Assembly (NCBI GenBank): GCA_964625465.1
Contig: CAZVFD010000007.1
Location: forward strand, 1,347 to 65,346
DNA from: an uncultured Candidatus Midichloriaceae bacterium
GTDB lineage: Bacteria; Pseudomonadota; Alphaproteobacteria; Rickettsiales; Midichloriaceae
DNA: 64,000 nt
Reading direction: 5' to 3'
Below are positions 30,488-39,002 of the stretch, one piece after another (position 1 is the first letter of the stretch; the number at the start of each line of letters is the position of its first letter). The notes under the pieces are model-generated. The model was not told the origin of the DNA. It worked only from the letters and a program-made list of their open reading frames with translations, and did no database searches. The position numbers and the translations under genes are program-made.

Positions 30488-30946
30488 TTACCTAGAATTT
30501 TGAAAGTGTTTCTTATTTTGTCTTTGATTACCTTTGCTTAGTAGGGGATCCTTAGTCCTAATACTCACATATGCTTTTCCGTGTGGCGTGATTCCAAGCC
30601 ACGCTTCGATTGCTTGACGTGATGAAGTGGAGTGTGATGAGTAAGATGGTTTATGGTTGTCGTTCAAAACACCGCGCTGTCCTGAATCTGGAACTTTTAC
30701 TATATGTTTAGTATCAGGTTCAATTGCAACAAGAGTACTGAAGGCAGTACATCCAAGTGACATGTAAAAAGAAGCAGGAAAACCAGTACCTGCATCAAAA
30801 TCTACTTCGCAATCCTCATCTAAGTGATTAAATAAGAAGTCTTCGCAAGAAAATCTTGGACCATGGCGTCTTCGACCAAGAATCTCTCTAACCTGATCTA
30901 TCGTTAAGTTAACCATAGACAAATACACGTTTGTTATCTTGGGCAA
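30488..30946 (-). CDS. hypothetical protein
   Basis: 152-aa ORF from a TTG start, or 142 aa from the ATG at 30916. It has a basic C-terminal tail. No family recognised. Confidence 0.4.
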   Translation of the reverse strand: MPKITNVYLSMVNLTIDQVREILGRRRHGPRFSCEDFLFNHLDEDCEVDFDAGTGFPASFYMSLGCTAFSTLVAIEPDTKHIVKVPDSGQRGVLNDNHKPSYSSHSTSSRQAIEAWLGITPHGKAYVSIRTKDPLLSKGNQRQNKKHFQNSR

Positions 30947-31036
30947 ATATAACTTACTTTCTTCAAATATAAAATATTGTTTTTTGCGCTAGATATTCTA
31001 TTCTGATTTTCGAAATAAGTTTATCGGAGTAAAGAC

Positions 31037-31708
31037 ATGTCAAACTTTGCACAAGAATTAAAAGCTGAGTTATTGAAAAAAAGTATTTTAAATCATCCGT
31101 ATTATCAATCATGGAATGCTGGGGAATTAACTCACGAATCACTTGCAGAATATAGCAAACAGTATTTCCACCACGTACAAAGCTTCCCGCAAAGTTTGAG
31201 TGCATTGCATTCAAAGTGTGAACCTACAAATAAAGAAGCGCGTGCAATAATTATGGAAAACCTAGTTGAGGAAGAGGTGGGCGAGAAAAACCACCCTGAT
31301 ATGTGGTTGCGTTATGCTGCAGGGCTTGGCGCTTCAGAAGCTGATGTGAAAAGTGTTGTGCAGAATAAAGAAACAAAAAATTTAGTTGATACATTCAAGC
31401 AAGTATCTTCGGAAAATTATGAGAAAGGTTTGGGTGCGTTGTTTGCACATGAATTCCAATATCATGAAATTGCCAAAACCAAAAAAGATGGCTTGCAAAA
31501 GTTCTACGGTATTACTGATGAAAACGTTTTGGAATTCTTTACAGTGCACGGTGAAGTAGATGTTTGGCATGCAGAGCAACTGACAAAGTTACTTAATAAA
31601 TTACCAGCTTCCGCATATAAGGAAGTTAGGGAAGGCGCATATAAAGCAATTGATGCATTATGGGGTTTCTTAGATGGTATGATGCATACTTGTCCGTGCA
31701 AGCATTAG
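31037..31708 (+). CDS. CADD/PqqC-like heme-oxygenase-fold di-iron protein (TENA/THI-4/PQQC superfamily)
   Basis: 223 aa. ILNHPYYQSWNAGELTHESLAEYSKQYFHHVQSFPQ and ENLVEEEVGEKNHPDMWLRYA resemble the Chlamydia CADD / Rickettsia 'PqqC-like' proteins. Confidence 0.7.
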   Translation: MSNFAQELKAELLKKSILNHPYYQSWNAGELTHESLAEYSKQYFHHVQSFPQSLSALHSKCEPTNKEARAIIMENLVEEEVGEKNHPDMWLRYAAGLGASEADVKSVVQNKETKNLVDTFKQVSSENYEKGLGALFAHEFQYHEIAKTKKDGLQKFYGITDENVLEFFTVHGEVDVWHAEQLTKLLNKLPASAYKEVREGAYKAIDALWGFLDGMMHTCPCKH

Positions 31709-31716
31709 ACTGGTGG

Positions 31717-34368
31717 TTACTTGCTGCGGTCATCTGATGGCTTATGCTTTTTGTTTTGAGAATCTTTGTTATCTAATTCTAGAGCGCCACCATCCGTGAT
31801 TATATTTACGACATCCATCAAAGCATTTTTTGAAAACTCAACAATACTTCTTTTAAATGATCTGTCCTGCGGTGCTGCTGTCGAACTTTGCGCACTGAGT
31901 TGTACTCCTGAAGTATTTGATGAAGCTGCGTCAAGTAACATTGCCTGCTCAGCTTTCGCTTTTATATGGTCTTCTATGAGTTTTTTTATATCACCAGATG
32001 CAGATAGGTCTAATGCTGTTTTACCTTCATTATTTTTAATACCAACATCTATTTTATCATGCATTAATAGTTCTTTTACTACCAAAAAACTATGAGCTGC
32101 TGCTATATGGAGTGGGGTATTTCCATTGCGATTTTTTTTATTTACATCCAACCCTATTAATATCATATCCTTTGCCTGTTGCAACAGCCCAAGTTCACAA
32201 GCTGAATCAATTAAGGTTTGACCAAATTGATTTCGTACGTAGAGATTAGCACCTGCTTCAGCAAGTGCTTTTGCAACTTCAATATGATGCCCATAAATTG
32301 CATAAGATAAAGGGGTCTCAGATGAAACAGTAGAACTATTTACATCAGCACCTCGATTTATTAGGAGCTTCGCCAGATCAGTTCTACCAAGCATGACCGC
32401 ATAGTGTAGAGGTGTAAACAATCGAGAATTAGGTGCGTTTATATTTTTTGTTCTACTCATTAAATATTCTACTACATCAACTTGACCTGCTTCAACTGCA
32501 TTATGTAACGGCAATATATTACCCCCTAAGTTATTGCAGGCCATGTTTGCTGGATGCAATTCTCCTAACTGTTTTTCTTGTTGTGAGGTATACTCCCCAT
32601 ATAAATTATACTTTTGCTCAAGAAATTTTTTTGTTAGTAATTTTATTACTTCTATACTCCCACCAGAAGCTGCGTAATGAATTATAGTTCCACCTTCATT
32701 ATCTCTTTGTGTAACAGTGACTTTATTCTCTACTAACTCTTTTACCACCTCAAACAGTCCTTTTTTCGCTGCTACTTGTAATAACTTAAAGCCGTCTCTC
32801 TTTATTAAATTAGCAAATAGCTCAGGTCTATTTACCCTTATATCATTGAATAGTTTTTGAAATTCATTAATTTTTTGTTCTGAAATAAGGAGGTGTAATT
32901 GTATGAAATAAATTTTTGGTAAAATAACTTCTGTTCTGTTCTTTTCAGCAGACAATCCTGATTTAGAATCAATAATATCATATTGCTTCGACGTATCTGC
33001 TGAATATGGGTTACTGTTACCTTGGTATTCTACTAGAGAATTAGATACCAAAAATACTTCAGGCGTTTTTTGTCCTTCGCCTAGTGTAACCCTATCTATG
33101 CCATGAGAAGCTTGTAACTTTTTGCCCATTTCATTATAAAAAGGTCCGCACAAAAAATCAAGATTTTCGTTCTTTCTTTCATAAGAATCAAACACAAATG
33201 TTTTTTGGTTTTGCTGATCATTTTTTCCTAGCCAAACAAAGCTCTCGGCAACTATTTGATCACCTTTAAAAATCGCCACTATCCCACAATTATCATTGGT
33301 AATAGCTTCGACTGGTATCATTCTGCCTCCTTCATCGGCTCCTATAGATTGACAATTGTTTACAAGTTTGCCCATAACCAGCGTCCTCCAATCTTGAGGA
33401 GGTAATATTTCTAGTCTATACTTGGCAAGTTCAGGAGTTTCATATTTTTCGGCTATGTCTTTGCCATCAATTTCAACTTTAGGAATTTTAGTTGTAGTTT
33501 TAATTTTTGTGGTCTTGCCTCCATATTCAAATTCATTACCAAGCAGAATGTTTAATCCAAAGTTAAAGGTTGTAAGTGACATATTATTGATTAGACATAT
33601 TTCAGTGTAATCATGCAAATCTTTGTTACTTACTCCTTTAGGCAACTCTTTTGCATTAGCTATAGTTTTCTTAGCGTCAGGATATTTTATACTGAGCAAT
33701 GTATCCCTAGCTTCTTTTAAGTTTCTTGGAACTCTTTTTAGATTTTGCTCTATTAATTCAGCCGATTCTAAGCACTGAAAGGAGGCAGGGCCAGTGTTTA
33801 AAACAAATTCATACCATTCCTCCCTTTTCCACTTAGCATTATTTCCAGGAAGATTGAGTTTTAGGCGAAGGTTAAGAATTGGATTCGGTGCATCTGAAGC
33901 TACTACTTGCCTTAAAAGTTCTAATGTCTTTTTTCTAAATTCATCTTGATCTGTTGTCGGAATTAAATTACGAAGCTTGTCATGTAATTCAATTAAATTG
34001 TATTCTCCAAAGGCCGATTTTTCACCTGACAATGTAGTGATCAAACCAAGGAGTGGCAGAAGAGGATAGCGTTCATTTGGCTTAAATGAAGAATTTTCTT
34101 TTTTGAAATCATCGCCTAGCAATTTTGATGTATCTTGTAACCAAGCATGAAGCTTAGGATGATTTTCTTTAGGAAATTTGTCTTGGTATTGCTTCATGAA
34201 TTCAATTTCTCTAGGAAGAAAAGATTGGCAAGGTTGTGAAGAGTTCAATACTCTATTTAAATCTTCACCTTGTGTTGGCTTGGGCAAGATTTCAGCCTTT
34301 CCCTCAAGGTTTAAAATCTTTGGAGCTAATGTGGTGATCTCTTGGATGCTTAATTTATCTGTTTTCAT
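31717..34368 (-). CDS. ankyrin-repeat protein with ~520-aa N-terminal domain of unknown function; effector candidate
   Basis: 883-aa ORF. The C-terminal half contains about 8 ANK repeats (e.g. GGTIIHYAASGGSIEVIKLL, FTPLHYAVMLGRTDLAKLLINRGADVN, GNTPLHIAAAHS), followed by a basic tail. Confidence 0.8.
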   Translation of the reverse strand: MKTDKLSIQEITTLAPKILNLEGKAEILPKPTQGEDLNRVLNSSQPCQSFLPREIEFMKQYQDKFPKENHPKLHAWLQDTSKLLGDDFKKENSSFKPNERYPLLPLLGLITTLSGEKSAFGEYNLIELHDKLRNLIPTTDQDEFRKKTLELLRQVVASDAPNPILNLRLKLNLPGNNAKWKREEWYEFVLNTGPASFQCLESAELIEQNLKRVPRNLKEARDTLLSIKYPDAKKTIANAKELPKGVSNKDLHDYTEICLINNMSLTTFNFGLNILLGNEFEYGGKTTKIKTTTKIPKVEIDGKDIAEKYETPELAKYRLEILPPQDWRTLVMGKLVNNCQSIGADEGGRMIPVEAITNDNCGIVAIFKGDQIVAESFVWLGKNDQQNQKTFVFDSYERKNENLDFLCGPFYNEMGKKLQASHGIDRVTLGEGQKTPEVFLVSNSLVEYQGNSNPYSADTSKQYDIIDSKSGLSAEKNRTEVILPKIYFIQLHLLISEQKINEFQKLFNDIRVNRPELFANLIKRDGFKLLQVAAKKGLFEVVKELVENKVTVTQRDNEGGTIIHYAASGGSIEVIKLLTKKFLEQKYNLYGEYTSQQEKQLGELHPANMACNNLGGNILPLHNAVEAGQVDVVEYLMSRTKNINAPNSRLFTPLHYAVMLGRTDLAKLLINRGADVNSSTVSSETPLSYAIYGHHIEVAKALAEAGANLYVRNQFGQTLIDSACELGLLQQAKDMILIGLDVNKKNRNGNTPLHIAAAHSFLVVKELLMHDKIDVGIKNNEGKTALDLSASGDIKKLIEDHIKAKAEQAMLLDAASSNTSGVQLSAQSSTAAPQDRSFKRSIVEFSKNALMDVVNIITDGGALELDNKDSQNKKHKPSDDRSK

Positions 34369-34405
34369 ATTTCGCCTAATTATGGGATGCTCGTTATATC
34401 ACGCT

Positions 34406-34438
34406 AGCGTAGGTTAAAAAAGTTAATATTTAGTTAAG
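34406..34438 (-). promoter_or_regulatory. CtrA-box-like direct repeat plus -10 hexamer (minus strand)
   Basis: The minus strand reads CTTAACTA-AAT-ATTAACTT, then 8 nt (ttttaacc), then TACGCT, then 37 nt to the ATG at 34368 of the 883-aa ankyrin gene. Confidence 0.5.
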
Positions 34439-34598
34439 ATTAGGAACAATTTTAGGTTGATTTGAATAATTAGTTTGTATTGGGTGTAAATATGAGTGCA
34501 AGAATGGTGATAAGCTGAGCTGCAGGCTTTTGTGAAGTGTAGCAAGCTCTGATGATAGGTATGGTATAAAAAGTTGTAAAAAGTTTAACTTTTTACTT

Positions 34599-35392
34599 GG
34601 GATTGACAATTAAAGATAGGTAGATTAGTCTACTGAGTGGACTAATTTATCTAAGGTGCCAAAATATGCGTCAATGCAAATTCTGTAACTCAAATTATTT
34701 AATAAAAAATGGCTATGTTAGAGAGCTTCAACGCTACGAATGCAAGTCTTGCGGCAAGACTCAGGTTGATGGAGATAAGAGAGCAAAGTACGACAATCAC
34801 CCTAAGAAAATTGCAGTTATTTTATATCTAGAAGGTAATGGTATAAGACGTATTGCCAGGATATTGACCAAAATCACTGGAAGCGAGTTTAGGTGGCAGA
34901 CTGTTGCCCAATGGCTCAAGAAGGCAGGGGAAATAGTGGCCGCTGAAGTCAGTAAGATTGAGAAGAAGTCAAAAGACATAGAGATCGTAGAAATGGATGA
35001 GCTCTATAGTTACATTAAAAAAAAGCAAATCAAATCAGAGTATGGACTGCTGTCGACAGAAACAAGCTCAGCTTTATTGAGACTGAAGTAGGTCCCGGCA
35101 GCTCTGTAATTGCCAGAAGAATTTGGGATAAAATATCTCATAATGCGATCAAGATAGTCTGTACTGATGGAAACTATACTTATGACAAGATAATTCTAAT
35201 GCATGTCAGGCATGTTTTATCCAAAAAAGAAACGGCCTTGGTGGAATCTTACAACTCCGTGCTGAGACACTATTTAGCTCGATTGGCCAGAAGAACTAGA
35301 TGTTACTCTAAATGTAGAGAGATGCTAAAACTCTCAGTGATCATGTTGATTCATAAAAAAATCTCTCTAGCTATCTATGCTTGACAATCCCC
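34599..35392 (+). mobile_element. IS1-family insertion sequence (~0.8 kb), apparently intact
   Basis: Imperfect ~25-bp terminal inverted repeats: GGGATTGACAATTAAAGATAGGTAG at 34599-34623, versus the reverse complement of 35367-35391, GGGATTGTCAAGCATAGATAGCTAG. Two overlapping transposase frames are joined by an A8 slippery run. No target-site duplication is evident. Ends are accurate to about 2 nt. Confidence 0.8.
34666..35384 (+). CDS. IS1-family transposase InsAB' (needs programmed -1 frameshift in the A8 run 35017-35024)
   Basis: Frame 0 encodes an InsA-like zinc finger and HTH (CKFCNSNYLIKNG...YECKSCGK). The -1 frame after the A-run reads ...RVWTAVDRNK...IVCTDGNYTYDK...ALVESYNSVLRHYLARLARRTRCYSK, a DDE layout like IS1 InsB. 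Confidence 0.8.
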
Positions 35393-35437
35393 AATTATGG
35401 CTAATTACGCAGTAGCAGGGCTTAACAGCCCGCTAAG

Positions 35438-36145
35438 CTAGGCCGCCCTTTTTTTGAGTGTGATAATATAATTCACGTCAGTATTTTTTGACATACCCCA
35501 TGAGTTAAGAATTGGACTAAATTTCATTCCAGAAACATCAACCACCTCATAATCACTCTTTGTCATAGCAAGCAATTCATCTGGTTTTACAAATTTTTCC
35601 CAGTCGTGAGTTCCTTTTGGCACCCACCTCAAAACATATTCAGCCGCTACCTTTGCGAGTGCAAATGATTTTAAAGTTTTATTGATTGTTGAAATAAATA
35701 GAAGGCCACTAGGTTTTAGGCATTTGGTTATATGTTTTAAAAATGTGTTGATGTCAGAGACATGCTCAACAATTTCTAAAGCAAAGATTATGTCAAACTT
35801 AGCTTCATTATACTGAGAGAACTCTTCAATTGACGTTGCATGATAATCTAACTCAACCCCATTTCTTAGTGCATAATTCTTAGCAACTTTTACATTCTCA
35901 TCACCTGCGTCAATACCAGTAACATCAGCTTTAAGCCTTGCGAATGGAATTGAAATCAACCCACCACCACAACCAACGTCCAATATTTTTTTACCAGCAA
36001 CCTTACCAATTTGGTTTTTAATATACGAAATCCTCACTGGATTCATTTTATGAAGAGGCTTAAACTTACCAGCTTCATCCCACCTCTCATCTGCCTTTGC
36101 TGAAAATTTTTCAATTTCTTTTGGGTCAATTGTTGATTTTTTCAT
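35438..36145 (-). CDS. ubiG: 3-demethylubiquinone-9 3-O-methyltransferase
   Basis: 235 aa with the SAM motif ILDVGCGGGLIS and overall UbiG-like sequence (HKMNPVRISYI, LEIVEHV). Confidence 0.85.
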   Translation of the reverse strand: MKKSTIDPKEIEKFSAKADERWDEAGKFKPLHKMNPVRISYIKNQIGKVAGKKILDVGCGGGLISIPFARLKADVTGIDAGDENVKVAKNYALRNGVELDYHATSIEEFSQYNEAKFDIIFALEIVEHVSDINTFLKHITKCLKPSGLLFISTINKTLKSFALAKVAAEYVLRWVPKGTHDWEKFVKPDELLAMTKSDYEVVDVSGMKFSPILNSWGMSKNTDVNYIITLKKRAA

Positions 36146-36147
36146 GG

Positions 36148-37035
36148 CTATTGAATTCCTCTTTCAGCAGCATAGACACCCGAGATATTCACAAAAAACA
36201 CTTCAGGCGTTATCTGATTTGTAATCAAAGCATTAAAATGTCCTTGAATCTGTAACTGGGCAACACGAGATAAAACTGGGTTTCCAAGCTGAACTGTACC
36301 AGTTGAATTTAATACAGATAAAACCCCAGAGTTGAACACAATAATATTTCTACCTGATTGATCTGAACTTGAGGCGCTAGATGAGGAAGAAACTTGTTCA
36401 GCGTGCGTTTGGATTCTTTTATCGAAGTTTTGACGCAGCCCTATTATCCAATCAAGAAGTTTTCCATTACAGTCAAATTTTTTATCAAGGTCAGTGATAA
36501 TACTAATATTAGCCTCTACCTTATCAAAAAATGAGTCACCATTTTCTCCTAATTCTAAAACATGCTTCACGACAGTTACAGGTGTTCTAGCTGAACTAAA
36601 CATATCATTTTCATTTTGCGAAAAAATTCTTTTACTTGCTGTCTCTATATAAAAATAGTCTAAGATGTATAGTCCAGCACGATCTCTTTGATTTAGCACA
36701 TTACTTAAAGGGATTTGCAACTCTTGAGCAATTTCTTTCACTGCATGAAAAAGGTAGTTGCCATTTTTTAGAACTGCCAGTCTAAATAAAATGGCAAAAG
36801 TCTCTTCTACACTAAATTTTTCATGGATTTTTTGAAGAAGCATTGCAAATTTATCTTGATCAAGTGCATCCTCTCTAGCAATGTTTACAAAATACTTTAA
36901 ACCATTTTCTTCTGTTAGAGCTTTACCAGTTACATTTTGCACAATCATTCTAATTTGCTCTGTTGACCCTGGATAATGTTGCGCGTCGAATTTCTCAATA
37001 AATTCAAGCTTTTGCAATTGTTCTTTGGTTAACAT
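36148..37035 (-). CDS. hypothetical protein (ORFan between rpoH and ubiG)
   Basis: 295-aa ORF containing a Ser-rich stretch (SSSSASSSDQS). No family recognised. Confidence 0.45.
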   Translation of the reverse strand: MLTKEQLQKLEFIEKFDAQHYPGSTEQIRMIVQNVTGKALTEENGLKYFVNIAREDALDQDKFAMLLQKIHEKFSVEETFAILFRLAVLKNGNYLFHAVKEIAQELQIPLSNVLNQRDRAGLYILDYFYIETASKRIFSQNENDMFSSARTPVTVVKHVLELGENGDSFFDKVEANISIITDLDKKFDCNGKLLDWIIGLRQNFDKRIQTHAEQVSSSSSASSSDQSGRNIIVFNSGVLSVLNSTGTVQLGNPVLSRVAQLQIQGHFNALITNQITPEVFFVNISGVYAAERGIQ

Positions 37036-37095
37036 GTCTTGAAACCTCTATAATTTAAATGTGAATATAAAGGTTTTTTAAGGCTAGTAAATATA

Positions 37096-38049
37096 CTATT
37101 TCGCTACTTCTTCCTGCAAGCGCTTAATAGCCTTTTCTTCAATTTGCCTAATACGCTCACTTGAAACTCCATACCTAGCGCCGAGAACTTCTAGAGTTGT
37201 AGGGTCATCTTTAAGCCTTCGCTCAAACAAAATCTCCTGCTCTCTTTGAGTAAGCTTTTGCAGAGCTTGATTGAACTTATCTTTCTTATAATTGTATTCT
37301 TGATTCTCAAGGATAGTCACCTCATGACTCTCCCCTGGGGATGCTATAACATCAATAATTTCGCCAGAATCATCATCGCTTGACGTATGCGAGTTGAGAT
37401 AAATATCGCCGCCACTCATGCGCATATCCATTTCCGAAACTTCTTCTTTCGAAAGATCTAAATCCTTAGCTATTATGTCATTTGCATTTGCCGGAATTTG
37501 ACCATTGTGAATATTAAACAGCCTATTTTTCATCTTTCTAAGGTTAAAGAACAGCTTCTTATGCGCTGCCGATGTACCAATTTTGACCATAGACCAAGAC
37601 TTTAGAATGTAATCCTGAATGGTAGCTCTAATCCACCACATAGCATATGTGGCAAGTCTAAAGCCTTTATTTGGGTCAAATTTCTTTACCGCTATCATTA
37701 GACCAACATTACCTTCTGAAATCATATCAGTCATTGGCAAGCCATATCCACGGAACTGCTGGGCAATTTTAGCAACCAGTCTTAGGTGGGAAGTAACTAG
37801 CTTTTGTGCAGCTTCTAGATCCTTTTCTTGATGCCATTTTTGAGCAAGATCCTGCTCTTCTTGGGCAGAAAGCATAGGGAATTTCTTGATTTCATCTAAA
37901 TACCTTGAAAGGCCTGCATCTTGTGATAAAACTGGCAAAGATATTGAGCTCATAGAATCCCCAGAATTCTCGTTACCACCTGTATGTAGTTCAGGTTCTT
38001 GTAAATTCAAGTCCTTAGCGATTTTATCTTTTTTTTCCATAATCCGCAT
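37096..38049 (-). CDS. rpoH: RNA polymerase sigma-32 factor
   Basis: 317 aa with sigma-70 regions 2-4 (LVTSHLRLVAKIA, GLMIAVKKFDP) and the RpoH-box-like KKLFFNLRKMK. Confidence 0.85.
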   Translation of the reverse strand: MRIMEKKDKIAKDLNLQEPELHTGGNENSGDSMSSISLPVLSQDAGLSRYLDEIKKFPMLSAQEEQDLAQKWHQEKDLEAAQKLVTSHLRLVAKIAQQFRGYGLPMTDMISEGNVGLMIAVKKFDPNKGFRLATYAMWWIRATIQDYILKSWSMVKIGTSAAHKKLFFNLRKMKNRLFNIHNGQIPANANDIIAKDLDLSKEEVSEMDMRMSGGDIYLNSHTSSDDDSGEIIDVIASPGESHEVTILENQEYNYKKDKFNQALQKLTQREQEILFERRLKDDPTTLEVLGARYGVSSERIRQIEEKAIKRLQEEVAK

Positions 38050-38091
38050 TATAACACATTCACATGCCTTGGTAAAGCATTCTGAACACCG

Positions 38092-38469
38092 TTATAAAAC
38101 ATAGTAGCAGCAAGCGGCCGAAGTCAACGCAGCCCCAGCAGTTATCAATTGATCACTTCTGCACATTTTAGCTAGCAAATGTTCACTTATGAAAAATGCT
38201 AAACTTCCAGTAATTCCTAGCTTTCCAACTGACAATATCGAATCCAAAGCAGAATGCGCAAGCAGCCTATCAGCAACTAAATTAACGACGGAACCAAATG
38301 CCGCCCCCCCAGCTGAAAACACCAAAACTTGCATCAATTGCGCCGTAGCTCCAATTCCTGGGGATGCCTTCTCGAAAGCCGTCCTTGTGGTTAGTCCAGC
38401 AACAAACCCACCTAAACAGCCTAATGCAGGCGCTAAATAATCAATTGATATGAAATCTGATTGCATCAC
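38092..38469 (-). CDS. small Gly/Ala-rich polytopic membrane protein
   Basis: 125-aa hydrophobic ORF. Its start overlaps the upstream paralog-like ORF by 4 nt. The plus-strand ORFs in this interval are mirror frames. Confidence 0.45.
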   Translation of the reverse strand: MMQSDFISIDYLAPALGCLGGFVAGLTTRTAFEKASPGIGATAQLMQVLVFSAGGAAFGSVVNLVADRLLAHSALDSILSVGKLGITGSLAFFISEHLLAKMCRSDQLITAGAALTSAACCYYVL

Positions 38470-38864
38470 AGGCTAATGTTACCGTTCATAACTTGCCCTG
38501 TAACATATGCCGCTGCCATTCCAGCCGCAAGACTTGCTGCTAGGACTCTACTGCTCCCATAAATACTCTCATCAATTAATAATTTGAATCCAGTAGCAGC
38601 ACCACCGAAAACAACCATCCCTACAGAACCGCAATGCGCGAAAGGCTTTATAAAGCTCATCATTGTTGAATGGCTGATAAAATCTCCTGATGCAACCCCT
38701 AATGCCGTTGTAGTTAGCACTGTAGCAGCAGCTGCCACACAGAACTTTTTAATACTCCATGAGCTTCTAAACCAACCGAACAGTGCACAACTAGCACCAA
38801 CACCGAGTAATGCACCACATTCTGCGGCACAAAGTTTGTGGTCACTTTTTAAATTTTCGAACAT
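38466..38864 (-). CDS. small Gly/Ala-rich polytopic membrane protein
   Basis: 132-aa hydrophobic ORF with glycine-zipper-like segments. It is translationally coupled to the next ORF and lies upstream of rpoH on the same strand. Confidence 0.45.
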   Translation of the reverse strand: MFENLKSDHKLCAAECGALLGVGASCALFGWFRSSWSIKKFCVAAAATVLTTTALGVASGDFISHSTMMSFIKPFAHCGSVGMVVFGGAATGFKLLIDESIYGSSRVLAASLAAGMAAAYVTGQVMNGNISL

Positions 38865-39002
38865 AAATCCCCTCTTTTTTTTTAGGATGTATAAAATTAA
38901 ATAACACTATAGTAAAGAGGAAATTTGATAGAATGAATAATCATGTTGCTTCATTGGCCCATTTGTATTAAAAATTCTATTTAAATAAATTAAAAGTTTC
39001 TT

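Noticed and set aside
30963-31214. 83-aa minus-strand ORF overlapping the start of the CADD-like gene
   Set aside because: It overlaps the well-supported CADD-like CDS and the promoter region, and it has no family signal.
34576-34596. Perfect 8-bp hairpin GTAAAAAG-tttaa-CTTTTTAC abutting the left end of the IS; considered as a terminator
   Set aside because: No T-tract follows it on the plus strand, and no gene ends nearby on that strand. I mention it only as a possible IS target context.
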